NCBI GenBank assembly: GCA_028534125.1
Contig: CM052817.1
Location: 25,298,001 to 25,362,000 of the forward strand
Source of the DNA: Lama glama
Lineage: Eukaryota
Length of the DNA stretch: 64,000 nucleotides
Direction of reading: 5' to 3'
The position numbers and the translations under genes were made by a program. The notes below the pieces were generated by a model, which did not search any database, was not told the DNA's origin, and saw only the letters and a program-made list of their open reading frames with translations. Below are positions 23,287 to 36,265 of the stretch, one piece after another (position 1 is the first letter of the stretch; each line of letters begins with the position of its first letter).

Positions 23287-24277
23287 AAGAATACCTCGAT
23301 AGACAGTCCCCAGCAGTGAGAATGTCTCTGTGAGTATATATTCTATTGCCATCTTTCCTTAAAACAGTGTTTCTGGCATCCAATTCATAGCTTGTTTTCC
23401 AAAGCTATTCATGTTCTGTGATGTGGATGAAGTTACAAGGTCCAGCACATTCCAAAATAAAATCATAGGTTTCTATTATTTGGTATTATCAAGTCGTTTT
23501 AATTCTATGAGATAGATGTATATACGTTAGGGGTTTTTCTGGGTTACAAAGGAAATCATAGCCGGGAAATGGTGTTGCCAGTTTAAAACTCAGGCATCTT
23601 AATTAATTCTTAGAAGGCAGAAGACAGTACCGACAAAAGCAGGGAATTTGGGAGCTTTCTCTAAACTGAGCTCATTTAAGTTACATACTTACATAGAGGC
23701 ATTCAGTTTTGCATGGAGGTATAATAATCCTTCCAGTCCTATGTGACTCAGAGCCAGGGACACATGGGAGCTGATGTCACCATTCCCCACTGGGTGGTGG
23801 TGTTTTGTTGTACCCTAAGAAGAGCAAATAACATAAAACACATTTACACGTTCCCATCAGTTGACACTATCTGAGTGTCCAGTTTGGAGCTAATGTATCA
23901 TAGAAATGACAATAGAAATTTCAAAAACAAAATACTTCACTTCCCCCACAGTTTTAGAACCAAACTGTTTTGGGGGATTAGTTGCTCGGAGAGAGCAGAA
24001 CTTAAGACCCACAGGCTAATAGACACTCAGTCACCTCACAGAAGACCTCCTCTGGATCCACAGACTGCAGAAGGAAGGAGGCATACACGTTAATGCTCAG
24101 CTATAGTGGACAGTGTCAAAAATGTCTATTACGAGGACTTATTTTAGTTTCTGGTTTGCCTTATAATTTATTTATTAACTTACAGAAGTTTTGTTTTTTT
24201 TTTAATTAGGGTAAGTAACTAGGTTTATTCTTTCAGGGTTTTTGTCTTTAATACTTAGATGGTCAGTCAGCAAACAG

Positions 24278-24612
24278 CTATCCAGGCTGGTATAATAAAA
24301 TACCATAAACTGAATGACTTATAAACAACAGAAGTTTATTTCTCACAGTTCTGGGGACTGGAAAGTCCAAGAGCAAGATGCTGGCAGACTCGGTGTCTGG
24401 TAGGATCCACTTCCTGGTTTGTAGACGATGCTTTTTCACTGTGTCCTCACGAGGTAGGAGGATTCAGGGAGCTCTTTGAGGTCTCTTTTATAAGAGCACG
24501 AATCCCAGTCATGAGGAATCCACCCTCATGATCTAATCGCCTCCCAAAGCCCTGCCTCCTAATACTCCATCTTGGGCGTTAGGATTTGGAAGGGACAAAC
24601 ATGTGTCCCATG
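24278..24612 (-). mobile_element. MLT1A-type MaLR solo LTR
   Basis: aaaataccataaactgaatgacttataaacaacagaagtttatttctcacagttctgggg..ccaccctcatgatctaatcgcctcccaaag. Confidence 0.9.
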
Positions 24613-24744
24613 ATGTCCTCCACAGCGGCGACTTCTTGGAGGAAGTCCCTCTACAGCGTGAGTGAATGAGGCCCAGACTTCTGAGCTGATATTATCTGGA
24701 GCAGAAAATCCCCAGCAAGGGCCATGTTATGACCTCATTTATTT

Positions 24745-24840
24745 GCAATATACGTAAGTCAGATCGTTATACTGTACACCTTTAACGTATGTAGTGTTAT
24801 CTGTCAATTATATCTCAGTAAAACTGGGGTGGGGGAAGAT
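24745..24840 (+). mobile_element. Tiny LINE-1 3' tail
   Basis: ctgtacacctttaac..tgtcaattatatctcagtaaaactgg; candidate TSD ctcatttattt at 24734-24744 and 24841-24851. Confidence 0.7.
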
Positions 24841-26509
24841 CTCATTTATTTCATTAGCCAAGATGGGTGTTAATTCTTTTTTTAGTTTGAGTGCCTTTGG
24901 CAGACATGCCTTCTCATTGGCCCTCCCCAGCCCCGTTTTTTTGCATCTGGGCCCTTCTCACTGAAGTTACCTGTCTGGCCCCTGAGGCGTCCACTTGTGG
25001 AGCCAAGGCCCACAGAGCCTCCTTCCCAGAGAAGAGAGAGAACCTAATTAGGAAAAACTGAGCAAGGGCTTTGGTCGGACTTGATAGCTATGTCCAGAAG
25101 CGGGGGTCTGTTTCCAGAAGAGGTTCAGAAAAAGAAGCTGGAGACAAAATCTATAGCCCCTTCAGTGGCTCAGCTACCCCCCGCCTCCATCTCTACTGCT
25201 TCTGCTACCTGACCCTCCAAGTCTGCCGTGAGTCCCAGCTCCCCAAGAGAGCTGATTGAGGGAGGGAGCCGCTTCCAATCCAGATGGGCCAGGATACAGG
25301 ACTGTCCTCAGGGCCATTGCCCACCTCCAGTCCCATCTGCAGTAGCCAAGGGGACAAGACCTTGGAGGGCAGACATGGCTGCACTGCTACCTGTTTCAGC
25401 TTCAACCACAGAATTTTACTTGGTAATATTTGCCCAGTCTGGTGTAACTTATGTGACTATGCTTAACAGCTGCTGTTGAATCAAGCGTTCTTACCCAGTT
25501 CTGCAGTGTTAGGATACCTTTTGTTGTTGAAGATGTGAGTGAGGCGTGCATGTACATCAACCGAATTCACTTTGGAGCCATTTTTGTAAATACAATGGTT
25601 TTGCACAAACTCTCAGAAACATCTGTATTCAGTTCACATATTAAAAAGTAGATGATGTACCAGCCAGAAGCACAAGAGTTCCCACACAGAACTCTGTATG
25701 TCATTGGAACTTCTGTACAGTGAGAGTAATTTATCATCTTATAGAATAACAAACTGACACCATTTCCCCGTCTGCCATAGACAAGCTTTTCGTCACTAAT
25801 ATCTATGACATTCCATGGCCTTGTACAAATATGATATGCTGTTTCAACATATCTTTTGTCCTATGCAGAATATTTCCTTTTGACCTTGATGAAAATTGCA
25901 ATTCATATAATTTATATAAACTTTTAAAATGTAGAAACTTGTTTCTTCCAGTCAACTTGGGGAATGCTAGAATAAAAGGTTTCAATACTTGAAAAAAATT
26001 TTTTTGCTTAAAAGCAAATATCAGTTAATTCATTTAACTAAGAATATAATAATATATTATAACAAGTGTATTTGGAAGCCTTGCTCTAATGTTCTCCTCA
26101 GTCTGTCCTGGGGAAACTCAGTGGGACGCTGAAGACAGAATTCTCACCGAACACATGGTATCAGAGGGCACATTTCAAAAGAAGAAACAATAAAGTCCTT
26201 TTTAAGTTTCTGTTTCAGAATTTTCCTCTTATGACCGTTTCCAACTTTGTATTCTACGCACCCAAAGTTTTCTATTTCTCTCTGATAAAGAAGGTTTTGG
26301 GCTATCATTCCTCAAAAATAAAAACAAAAAACAAACCCCCCAAAAAACCCTGTTACAGACTCGGTACTTCTGAAGGAAACTGACTTCAGAAGTTCTTCAT
26401 AGTACCTCATAAGGAAGTGCCCAGGAGGGCCTGTGAGTATTGTAGGCGTCCTTGGCTTCCTCCAGGCGAGCTCTGTAACTCACACACACCTGACTGCTGG
26501 GTCCAGCAG

Positions 26510-26690
26510 AGAACTTACCTGCGGAACACTGTGCTCAACACTTCACACGTGTTTCGTTTAATTCTCTGAATAATTACATGTATCACTGTCCTAGCTTTTA
26601 GGCTATAGTATAGAGAAGTGTGAAATGGTTACACATCAGCACAAACATGCGTGTGAGGCTGTTAGGACAAGACTTGAACATCTGGATGAT
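26510..26690 (-). mobile_element. Degenerate MIR
   Basis: cactgtgctcaacacttcacacgtgtttcgtttaattctc...ggacaagacttgaac. Confidence 0.45.
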
Positions 26691-27687
26691 ATAAGATCAC
26701 ACTGAGAAATGCAGTCCACTCAGCTCTGTGAGACGGGGGCGCTGCAAGTCTCAGCAATGCATCCGCTCAACCCTAAACAGGGTCGTGGCCAGCAGCAGCA
26801 TAAACATCTGGCAGATCCAGTGCCAAAAGCAATATTGTGAGAAGGAGTAATCAAAGGCTCCTAAGGATTTTCTGTCTTAACACCCAAACATTTGCAGAAG
26901 AAAATATGGATTTCATTTTTTAGGTGGCAGATCCCCTTCATGAATTAAAAATCTTAATGAAATAAATGATTTGCTACTAAGCCTCCCACATTTGTCTCAT
27001 TAGTGAGAAATAATCAGTCATCTCCTCCTGTATAGCTACTATAAATCCCACAGGCTGGCCAGTTCCAGACTTGGTGAAATAAGGTGACCATTCAATTTAA
27101 TAGTGTTATTTTCAAAACTAGTTTGAAAACTAGAAAAATTGAAAAAGAAACATAACCAGGAGGAGGTTCTAGGAAGATACTAAATATGGTAGAAATTGGT
27201 TATATGCTAAGGAGAACATGTAGCCAAAACCTGCTGCCTCTGAAAGCGTCTCTTAAATTCTCAGAATAGCAGGGCCAGTCTGAGTTTGACAGAGGACATG
27301 TTCTTACCCAGAAGAGGGCTGCTGGGACCTCTAACAACATGTGCAGTGAAGTCGAGCCTGCCTGGACTCCGAGACCATCCACATTAGCCAAAAAGTTGGC
27401 ATCACAGTCTCCTCCCCTCTGTCTATTCTGGGAAAGAATTCTGCCAAGCCAAATTCTCTTTTTAGCATGTTCCCTTTTTCATTAAGAAAATAATCCAAGT
27501 TAGTATAAAATTAGAAAATAATAGTTGAGGGAAGAATAAAAGAAATCACCTGAAGTTCCCCTGCTTAGATAACTACTGTTAATATTCTGGTGTATTTCCT
27601 TCCAGTCTTCTATGTAGATAAAGTCTTGTTTGGTGTTAGCTTTGTTTCGTTTGTTCATTGCTGTGGTTGTCCAAAATACTCAATTTG

Positions 27688-28050
27688 GGTTTGGGGTCTT
27701 TTTAATAATTTTTTTTGGTAAATTTTTTTTTTCATTTTTTAAAGTTTTTTGTGGGTGGGGGTAATTAGGGTGATTGAGTGAGTGAGTGAGTGAAAGTACA
27801 CTTATCCAGAGAGATGCACGCTCCATAGACTGAGTATATGCTGTCTCAGAAGGCCAGAGAGGTCACGAGGTGTTGGGGGGTTGGTTAAAGTAAAAGTAGA
27901 TGTACATTCCACAGACAGAGTGGGGGCCAACTTGGAAGGTGACGGAGCAGGGGGCTTATTTATGTATTTCTAGTGGACGTACTGGGAATTGAACCCAGGA
28001 CTTTGTGCCTGCTAAGCACATTGTCTGCCACTGAGCTGTACCCTCCCCCT
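27688..28050 (-). mobile_element. tRNA-Ala-derived SINE (Vic-1-like) with internal LTR-like insert
   Basis: Minus strand reads gggggagggtacagctcagtggcagacaatgtgcttagcaggcacaaagtcctgggttcaattcccagtacgtcca (A and B boxes); tail cctaattacccc..A-rich; degenerate TSD caaaatactcaatttg (27672-27687) vs caaaatattcactttg (28051-28066). Confidence 0.85.
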
Positions 28051-29774
28051 CAAAATATTCACTTTGCATGCTTCTTTATTTATTTTTTTTCCATTTTAAA
28101 TTGTATCACAAGCACTCTCCTGTGTGCACACGCAGGCTTCCTAAATGTAGTTTTCACGGCTGCCTGAATTCTGAATTCCAGGGTGGCTCCCCTGCAACCC
28201 CTGCCTTCCCTGCTGGCTGCCAGTGGCTCCTCCTAGAGTCAGCTGCTCTGTGCTTAGAAGAGGCAAGCTCATTTTATCATAAAATAGCTTTGGCTGGTAA
28301 AGGAAATCTGCTGTCCCCAAAACTCATAATGCATTTCATTACCTCTGGATTATCAGTGTGGAATTATTCACATCACTGCCCTTTATTATCCACCTCACTG
28401 CCTTCTTCATTAGCATGGAGGGCGGAACCCAGGCAGGACTGTATTCTCTTCAGAGCCTCAGTCACTTCTGATTAGTGAGTGGCTCAGTAAACGGCCTCAG
28501 CTCAAGCAGGGCACTGCCAGTTAGCGCTTTGCCCCGGCAGGGCACATCGCTTCTTTTCTCTCTCTGGGTCAGTAAAAAGGTGATGGGGTCGGGGGTGGGG
28601 GGAAGTAGGGAGGGACAGTCAGGTCTCAGGGCCACACCGGCTTCTCTCTCTCCTAATCCAGCTTCCCCTCAACAGAAGAAGAGAGTCTGGTTGTCCGAGC
28701 TTGCTGGTGAGACAATAGCCACCTACAATCCTATAATCCTTGTCATTCCTCCCCTCCTCTGACTCAGGATGGCCCCCACAAAAGGCCCCAATGTGACCCT
28801 CAAGGCAGGCAAAAGCCGATTCAAAGCAAGGATTTGAATCCATTTACACCGAGCAGACCAAAAAGCCCACAGACCTGCCACTTTCAATACACTAACCTCT
28901 AAGCCAAGCAGAAACACCGGCTACCTTCTTCCTTTTTGAAAATAGAAGCCGAGTAAACTAGTACCATCTCAAACGTGTATATAGAATTTGTAAAGGCTTG
29001 AAGCAGGATCTAAGCACAGCCTCCAAAGTAAAACAGAACCATAACAATCCTCCACCATTTTTCAGCACGAGCTCCCATCTAGAAGCTCTTTATTTGGAAA
29101 TGACACACCTTTGCAAACGCTCTACCACTGAAAGGAGTAGATAACAGGAATTTTTGTTGTATTAAATGCTAGCCTGTGAACACGATTGCTAAGTGCTGCT
29201 TTTAAAAAAGCTGGCAATATCATAACCTATTGGTTTGCTTCCCATCCAGAGCTCAAAAATATGTATGAAAAGTCTGCTGGCCCAGGGCTGGGGTTCCTCA
29301 CTCACCAGCTGGGACAGTCAGAGGCTGTTTCCTCCCCAGTCCCAAGGCGAACAGAGGCTCCTTGTCTGGAAGGAGCCTGCCAGGAAGTGCCTGCTGTTCC
29401 ACTGTAAACGTGGACATTCACTGAAGAAGTCAGGCTGTCTAGAGAATGAACTCTGATCAGACGGGATGGAGCAATTAGGGCTGGGAGCTGCGACAGTGAC
29501 AAATAGGAAATTGTAGGTAATATCTGAGCTGTTGGCTGCTTCTAGGGCTATTCTTCACCTAAGCTTCAGCAAGACTGTTTTGGGGGATTGAAAGACATGA
29601 CTGATTTATATGACAGAGTATTTGATCTTCAGGAAAAATTCTCTCAACTTTTCTGAGTCACGCTTTACTAATAGGAACCGCTGTATCATTCCATAGGCTA
29701 CGCTGTCTTTGATCCCAGTGGAAATATATTTTCCAATCATCTCACCTGTATGTTTACATACTTGCTTGTTCTAT

Positions 29775-30510
29775 TTTTAAATAAAAACTGTATTTTAGAG
29801 CAGTTTAACATGGACAGTAAAATTGAGGGGAAGAGACTTCCCATCTCCCCCCTGCTTCTGAACATGCAGAGCTTCCCACGTTTTCAAAATCCACACCCTC
29901 CCAGAGTGCATTTGTAACCATTGATGAAACTACATTGATTGACACATTACAATCACCCAAAGTCCTTAGTTTACATTTGGGTTCACTCTTGGTGTTTGAA
30001 CAAATGGATAATGACGTCCATCCATCATTATAGTATCACACAGAGAACTTTTATCGCCCTAAAAGTCCTCTGTGCTCTGCCCATTCCTCCCTTCCCGTCT
30101 CACCCCTAGCAATCACTGCTCTTTTAATGTCTCCACAGTTTTGCCTTTTCCAGAATGTCATATAGTCGGAATCATACACTATGTAGCCTTTTCAGATTGG
30201 TTTCTTTCACTCAGCAATGTGCCCTTAAGGTTCCTCCACATCTTTTGCATAGCTTGATAGCTCATTTCTTCTTAGCAGTAAAGAATATTCCATTGTCTGG
30301 ATGTACCAAGTTTATTTTACTTACCTACTGAACCGTATAGTTCAGTATGGTACTTGGTTGCTTCCAAGTTTTGGCAATTATGAATAAAGCTGCTATAAAT
30401 ATCCACATGCAGGTTTTTGGGTGGACATAGGTTTTCAGTTCCTTTAACTGAATACCATGCAGTGTGATTTTATCATAGAGTAAAAGTATGTTTAATTTTG
30501 TAAGAAACTT
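29775..30510 (-). mobile_element. Old L1M 3' end (L1MB/L1MC1-like)
   Basis: tattttagagcagttta..gttttgccttttccagaatgtcatatagtcggaatcata..ttggcaattatgaataaagctgctataaa. Confidence 0.85.
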
Positions 30511-30632
30511 ATTCTTTTTTTAAGCAAACATTTATTATGTATAAACTATGTGTTAGGCATCATGTTGAACTGGAAATGCCTTGAAGATCACGGTAAATAT
30601 GAGCTCTGGTCTTGGCAGAGCTCTCTCTCACC

Positions 30633-30690
30633 ATATATATAGAGAGAGATTATATATATATTATATGTGTGTGTGTGTGTGTATATATAT
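30633..30690. repeat. Compound (TA)/(GA)/(TG) microsatellite
   Basis: atatatatagagagagattatatatatattatatgtgtgtgtgtgtgtgtatatatat. Confidence 0.9.
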
Positions 30691-30694
30691 CCTA

Positions 30695-30945
30695 CCACTT
30701 TGTCTAGCACTTTTGAGGTGGCAGGCATGCTGCCCAGTACTTTACATGAATTATCTTTTTTAATCCTCAGGACAACCATATGGGATGGAAATGATTTTTT
30801 CCATTTTCCAGATAAGAAAATCCAGGTTCAGAGAGGTCACATCATTTGCCCAAACTATGCAACTCACAGATGGCAAAGCTAGGATGCAAAACGAAGTCTG
30901 ACTGGCTCCCAAGTCCGTGCTTTTAATCAATGTATGATGCAGCCT
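30695..30945 (-). mobile_element. MIR SINE
   Basis: taatcctcaggacaacc..ccattttccagataagaaaatccaggttcagagagg..tctgactggctcccaagtccgtgcttttaa. Confidence 0.85.
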
Positions 30946-31224
30946 CTCTGGTTGCTTACTAACTATCCGGATGACCCCACTGATCCAAGATCAGGCTTCT
31001 GGTGATCTCCCACACACCCACAGGGTACCAGTGGAAAAAGTGAACACCTGAGAACAACAGGAAAAGTCAAAGATGTTGCTACAAACCTTCTTCAGAAAAA
31101 TTCTATTTTTATGCCAAATCCTAGAAGGTTCCAACTGGAAGGAGGACACCATAGAATTTCTCCATTCTGAACAACTGAAGATCCAGCAACAAAAGGTTGG
31201 CTAGAGCAAATGGTACTTTCATTT

Positions 31225-31625
31225 AACAGGACGTTATACGGAACAAACCAGAGCCACGTGCATCAACATGAATTAACCTCCAAACACGGAATTACATTTT
31301 TAAAAAGCAAACTAAAAAAGAATAAGACTAGCTATTGCATTCATTTCAGTGCAAAAACAAGCCAAATGAAGTGAGACGTTGTTTGCAGCAGGTATAGAGT
31401 ATAAGAAATACACACAGAAATGATAAATCCCATTAAAGGGATAATGATAGTTTCTGGGGATGAAGAGAGGAGAATGGGACTGGGCCAGAGCTCAGAAGAG
31501 GCTTCAAAGGTATCTTAAGAATCTATAAAGAAGCAAATATGGTAAAGTCATAGGATTTATTAGAGACGGTGGCGGGTACATACTTAATTGTTATGTTATC
31601 CTATATGAATTTCTCTTTAAAATAG
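31225..31625 (+). mobile_element. Old L1ME-like 3' end
   Basis: catcaacatgaattaacctccaaac..aaaagcaa..gaatgggactggg..aagcaaatatggtaaag. Confidence 0.55.
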
Positions 31626-31639
31626 CTCACTGCTTTTTA

Positions 31640-31785
31640 AACTCTCTAGTCCATCTCCCTTATTTTGTAAAGAGACAGAGGTCCATGGAGGTAAAATATC
31701 TCGTCCCAGATCACCCAGCAGATGAGACAGACAGTATTAAACCCAGGTCTCAGTAAGCTGAGTTTTTTCTCTTCTGCCTTTTGAT
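31640..31785 (-). mobile_element. MIR relic
   Basis: ccttattttgtaaagagacagaggtccatggaggtaaa..cccagatcacccagc..aaacccaggtctc. Confidence 0.6.
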
Positions 31786-32253
31786 TCCTAAATACCCTTG
31801 GCTTTTTGCTCAAACCGTACAATTGAAGAATTGTGAGGCTGCCATGTGCCAAATGGTCTGACCTACCCTCTTTTCCATGTTTTGTGTTTCTGGGCTCCCA
31901 GTTCTCATCCCCACAATCTAAGGACTACAGACATTTTAATACTGGGAGACCTTGAAACTGAACATTCAGAGGACCAAAACGCCACCAGCCAAATGGCTAG
32001 AATGATCATGAACCAAACTCTGACAAGGCTGGTTAGCAGTTTCACCAGATAATATGAACATCATTGGAGGATGCAGGTCAGAGCACAGAAGAGGAGGAGG
32101 GAGGAGAGACAGCCCCTACAGGTCGAATGGTGGACCACAGCAGCAGAGAAAGAAAATGTTTAAACAGCAAATAAAAGCATGGTAAGTCCTGACTGTTCAG
32201 AGTAAGTGGCAATCAGTTCATTAAAAATTAGTTAAATTTTAAACGTTTGGGTG

Positions 32254-32421
32254 CAGTGGGTCTCTAACCTGGATGCACTGAAGGATCATCAGGGGAGATT
32301 TTTCAAAAAACTCTCCTATCTGGGATCCACCCCACCAACTTCTGTTGAACTGCTGCTGGTCTGCGCCCGGGTGTTGGCGTTTCTATGGAGCTCCTCAGAT
32401 GATTGCCGAAGTTGACAACTG
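32254..32421. mobile_element. MER5A-type hAT-Charlie element
   Basis: cagtgggtctctaacctggatgcac..atcaggggagattttt..agctcctcagatgatt..gttgacaactg. Confidence 0.7.
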
Positions 32422-32521
32422 TCATTTTAGAGTATTAAGTACTAAAATTCAGTTATTAAAAAACAAACATCTTTGAGAGGCTCTTGACTTCCCAGTGGAA
32501 TTGGGTATGGAGGCTGTACTC

Positions 32522-32560
32522 TGTGTGTGTATGTGTGCGTGCACGTGCGTGCACGCGCGT
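32522..32560. repeat. Alternating purine-pyrimidine tract (TG/CG/CA)
   Basis: tgtgtgtgtatgtgtgcgtgcacgtgcgtgcacgcgcgt. Confidence 0.85.
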
Positions 32561-32989
32561 TTGTGTGGCTCAGCTTGGCACTCTCCATACCTCCCTCATC
32601 CAGGCTGTCCAACCCCATCCTCCCAAGTACAGGTATCCTGCAGCGACTTTCTAAGGTCCTGGGGAGTTTTCTCAGGCCTCTCTCTTCTCTCCATCCCAAA
32701 CCTCCTACTTTGTCCTCAAGTTTTCCACTGATTCTGTTTTCATGCATCCACAGCTCTGTTCACCCTCCTTACAGTGACCCTTCATGTGGGCGTCCACTTT
32801 TCCTTCAGTCTGGTTTACCTCTCAGCACTGGCTTGCAGATTTCCTCCACCCTCTCCCCCTTGCTCCCTGCCTCTTCAGCCCAGATGCCCAGATCTCTTGT
32901 CCAAGACTCACCTTCTGGTCCCCTCAGACACTGTATACTCTTCCTTACTCATTCTGTTTGGCAAATGAGTATAACTTTAATAACTCCAA

Positions 32990-33740
32990 GTTTTCTTTCT
33001 ATTATTCTGTATTGAAGTATAGTTGATTTACAATGTTGTGTTGGATTCCAGTGTACAGCATAGTGATTCAGTTATACATCTATATATATTCTTTTTCATA
33101 TTCTTTTCCATTATGGTTTATTATAGGATATTAAATAGAATACACTGTGCTATACAGTAGGACCTTGTTGTTTATCTGTTTTATATATAGTAGTTTGTAT
33201 CTGCTAATCTCAAACTCCTAACTTATCCCTTCTTCCCCTCCCCCTTTTTCTTTGCTAACCGTAAGTTTGTTTTCTATGTCCATGAGTCTCTGTCTAGTAA
33301 ATAAGTTCTTTTGTATCATTCTTTTAGATCCACATATAAGGTGATATCATATGATACTTGTCTTTCTCTATTTGACTAACTTCACTTAGTATTAATCATC
33401 TCTAGGTTCATCTCTGTTGTGGCAAATGGCATTATTTCATTATTTTTATGGCTGAGTAGTATTCCATTGTATATATCACCACAATTTCTTTATCCAGTCA
33501 TCTGTCAATGGATATTTAGATTGCTTCCATGTCTGGCTATTGTAAATAGTGCTGCCATGAACATTGGGGTGCACTTATTTTTTTGAATAGAATTTCCTCC
33601 AGATATATGCCCAAAAGTGGTATTGCTGGATCATATGGTAACTCTATTTTTAGTTTTTAAAGGAGTCTCCCTGCTGTTTTCCATAATGCCTGCACCAATT
33701 TCCATTCCCACCAACAGTGTAGGAAATGCCACGTTTTCTC
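32990..33740 (-). mobile_element. LINE-1 3' end (cetartiodactyl type) including the ORF2 C-terminus
   Basis: attgaagtatagttgatttacaatgttgtg..gtgctatacagtaggaccttgttg..ggctattgtaaatagtgctgc..cccaccaacagtgtagga. Confidence 0.92.
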
Positions 33741-34024
33741 GAGCAGCAGCAGTGTTAGGCACTAAAAATGACACCAATCTGTGATGTAGGACGTGCAGAA
33801 TGGGCTGGTCCACCATCACATCCATGACACCTGGGTCTGGGCTCCGATTTCAAACCCTCTGACATAAGATCTATACACAAAATCTGGAGTTCTGACACTG
33901 AAGTTAACAGGTCTGAAGATTCACTAGCCAAATGGGTAAAATAGTCGAAAGCTATAGAACTGCTAAAACTATGGAAGTGTGCCATGAGTTCCATAAAATT
34001 TTTTCTGAGCTTCCATTAGACGTA

Positions 34025-34195
34025 ATGATGAACACTGTCATTCACCGAGTACCTCCTCTGTGTGCTAGTGCTAAACAGTGAAGGTTATGCCCATTTTACA
34101 GTTGAAACAACTGAGGTTGTCTAATTTGTCCCAAATCACTTGATAAATGCTGAAGTTAGTTAGGATTTTAGCCTGTGCCTGATTCACAAATCCTT
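34025..34195 (-). mobile_element. MIR relic
   Basis: cccattttacagttgaaacaactgagg..ctaatttgtcccaaatcac. Confidence 0.7.
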
Positions 34196-34237
34196 TATTT
34201 TTACATGAATCCCTTATATAGCAGCAACTCTCATTCA

Positions 34238-34264
34238 TACACACACACACACACACACACACAC
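34238..34264. repeat. (CA)n microsatellite
   Basis: Uninterrupted ac run of about 13 units. Confidence 0.95.
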
Positions 34265-35199
34265 TCCCCTTTCTTTTTGACCACTTCTTCCAGTTCATTT
34301 TTGTTTGATTAAAAAATCTCCAGAAAGCATGATCTTCACTAAAATAGGAATAATAATACAACAGTAACTTACATTAAAAGAAAATGAAATGTCCCTGAAA
34401 AAAAAGTTAATTTCTGCAAAACACTTCAGATCTTCCCATTGGTGAGTCCAGAGCTATGTACTTCCAAAATGTTTTGAACTCAAGAAAAAAATATAGTTCA
34501 AAGTTGAAATGACCTCCATCCCTGAGAAGCGTTGTGCTCTGTCAGCCAGTGAGAAGCAGAGCTCAGCTTGCAAGAGGACAGTGTGAAGTATCTGTAACCA
34601 CCTTCTCGTGCCAGCGCAACATGCCACACGTAGACCCAGCCTCTGCAGGCATCTGATCACCTCGATCTATTTCTTTCCCTAAAGTGAGCACCTGTGGCGT
34701 CTGCTGGTTCAATATGGAATAAATGATCAGATCTGTCCAGGAGGGAGGACGTTTATGATGCCTCCCATGCTCCAGGACACTGGGGTCACACTGTAGCCCA
34801 GATCTCCTGCCAGGGTGTTGTCTGGATGATCGTGGGGACGACTGTCAGGAGGTCATCTGCAGAGAAGCTCTCGTACAAATCATTGCCTGGACCTCAGAAT
34901 TTCCCAAGTCGGGAACTCCTCCCACAGCAAATGAATCAGACTCATCTGTCCTTCTGTTCAAATCTTTATAAGGTGTGCCTTTATACAGCGGGAACTTTCT
35001 CAACCAAATAAAATAAGAAACCTATCGACGTGCTCTTGTTCTTTTTTTTTAACATGAACTATTAAGAAACACGTCCTTATACAAATAAAGGATATTAATT
35101 AGCCCTATAATGTCTCCTGAATAAAGCCCCATTCTGATCGGCAGAATGTTGAGTCTACAGTAAGTTGCAAAGTTGTATTTTGAGGAAGTGTTCCCAGTT

Positions 35200-35340
35200 C
35201 TTTTCCACTGACCTCCCATCAGCCCTGGAAGCATGTCGTGTCTGTCTCATCACTAGTATACATAGCAAGTAGACGGTAGGAGGGCATTAGAAATCTAGAA
35301 CGCAGTAGGTATTTAACGAGTGCTTTGTGCTAGATTGATT
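35200..35340 (+). mobile_element. L2 3' relic
   Basis: tgtctgtctcatcactagtata..tctagaacgcagtaggtatttaac. Confidence 0.45.
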
Positions 35341-36265
35341 TGTGATATGACGTCCATGCTCTGCCTTCCTTGATCCCCCTTCTCCGTTGGGTTTATGGCA
35401 TTTCCTGTCTGCCACAATTGTGCCCCTCCCCCAGACAGCCACAGGCCCTCTCTTCTCACTTACCTTGATCTTGACAAGATGAGTCTGTTCTCTACCCAAT
35501 TAGGTAATGAAGCAGTTCAAAAAAAGAAAAAGTCTTCTATTTTTAAAAAACAACAAAAGCAGCAATAGCAAAAGACTCCAGGAACAAGCAAGCTTTCAGC
35601 AAAACAGTCTGTTAATACTTGAAAAAAAAAAAGAGGGTCTGACTCTACTCCCTGCCACCCCCGAATTACCGCAGCTTATGATAGCACTCACTTAGATGGA
35701 CCACAGAATTACTGACGTTGAACTGCGCCGGCCTCTGGCTTTACATACCCCCTCTCCTGTAAACAACATCCTCTTTGAACCAGGAGGTACCAGTGTGGGG
35801 TTACTTCCGACTCATTGCAGTGGGGAAAGTGCCCCTGGTTCAGCCATTGTGGTGACCACGGGAGAATTACTGTTTCTTCCATGCGGAGATCCTGATGGAG
35901 CCTCAGGAAGCCTCGCTGAAACCATCGCCAGATACCTTGAGAGGAGTGGCTTCCAATGGCTCTGCTGTGGCCAGGTTTCTTGGGAAAGAACCCCGGCCCT
36001 TTCATCAGCAGGGTGAAGCCACACCAGCCATGACTTGAACTCTAACCTTGACTGCCCAGACCTAGAATTTCAGTTGGAGCAGCAGAACCCAATGTGGTTT
36101 CTACCCACAGGGATAAACATTTGTGATGTGAGTGACCTGAGTATACGCACTCATCTTTTAACTTTTTGATATCATTAAAATTTTGAAAGTAAGAAACCTT
36201 GGAAAAAAAGTGAATTCATCTCTATTTTACATTTTGGGAAAAAGCAAGGAAGAACAGAATAGAGA

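Noticed and set aside
15569..23757. Identical 15-mer gtgactcagagccag at 15569 and 23743
   Set aside because: Roughly two chance 15-mer matches are expected in 64 kb, and the flanks do not align.
32527..33015. Longest ORF in the window (162 aa)
   Set aside because: Starts in a TG microsatellite at a non-ATG codon, is Ser/Pro/Leu-biased from pyrimidine-rich DNA, and ends in an L1 tail.
34690..34735. CTCF-like ccagcagacgccac (minus) and the atctgatca/tgatcagat inverted repeat
   Set aside because: Two core mismatches to the CTCF consensus; the interior of the inverted repeat does not pair like a pre-miRNA.
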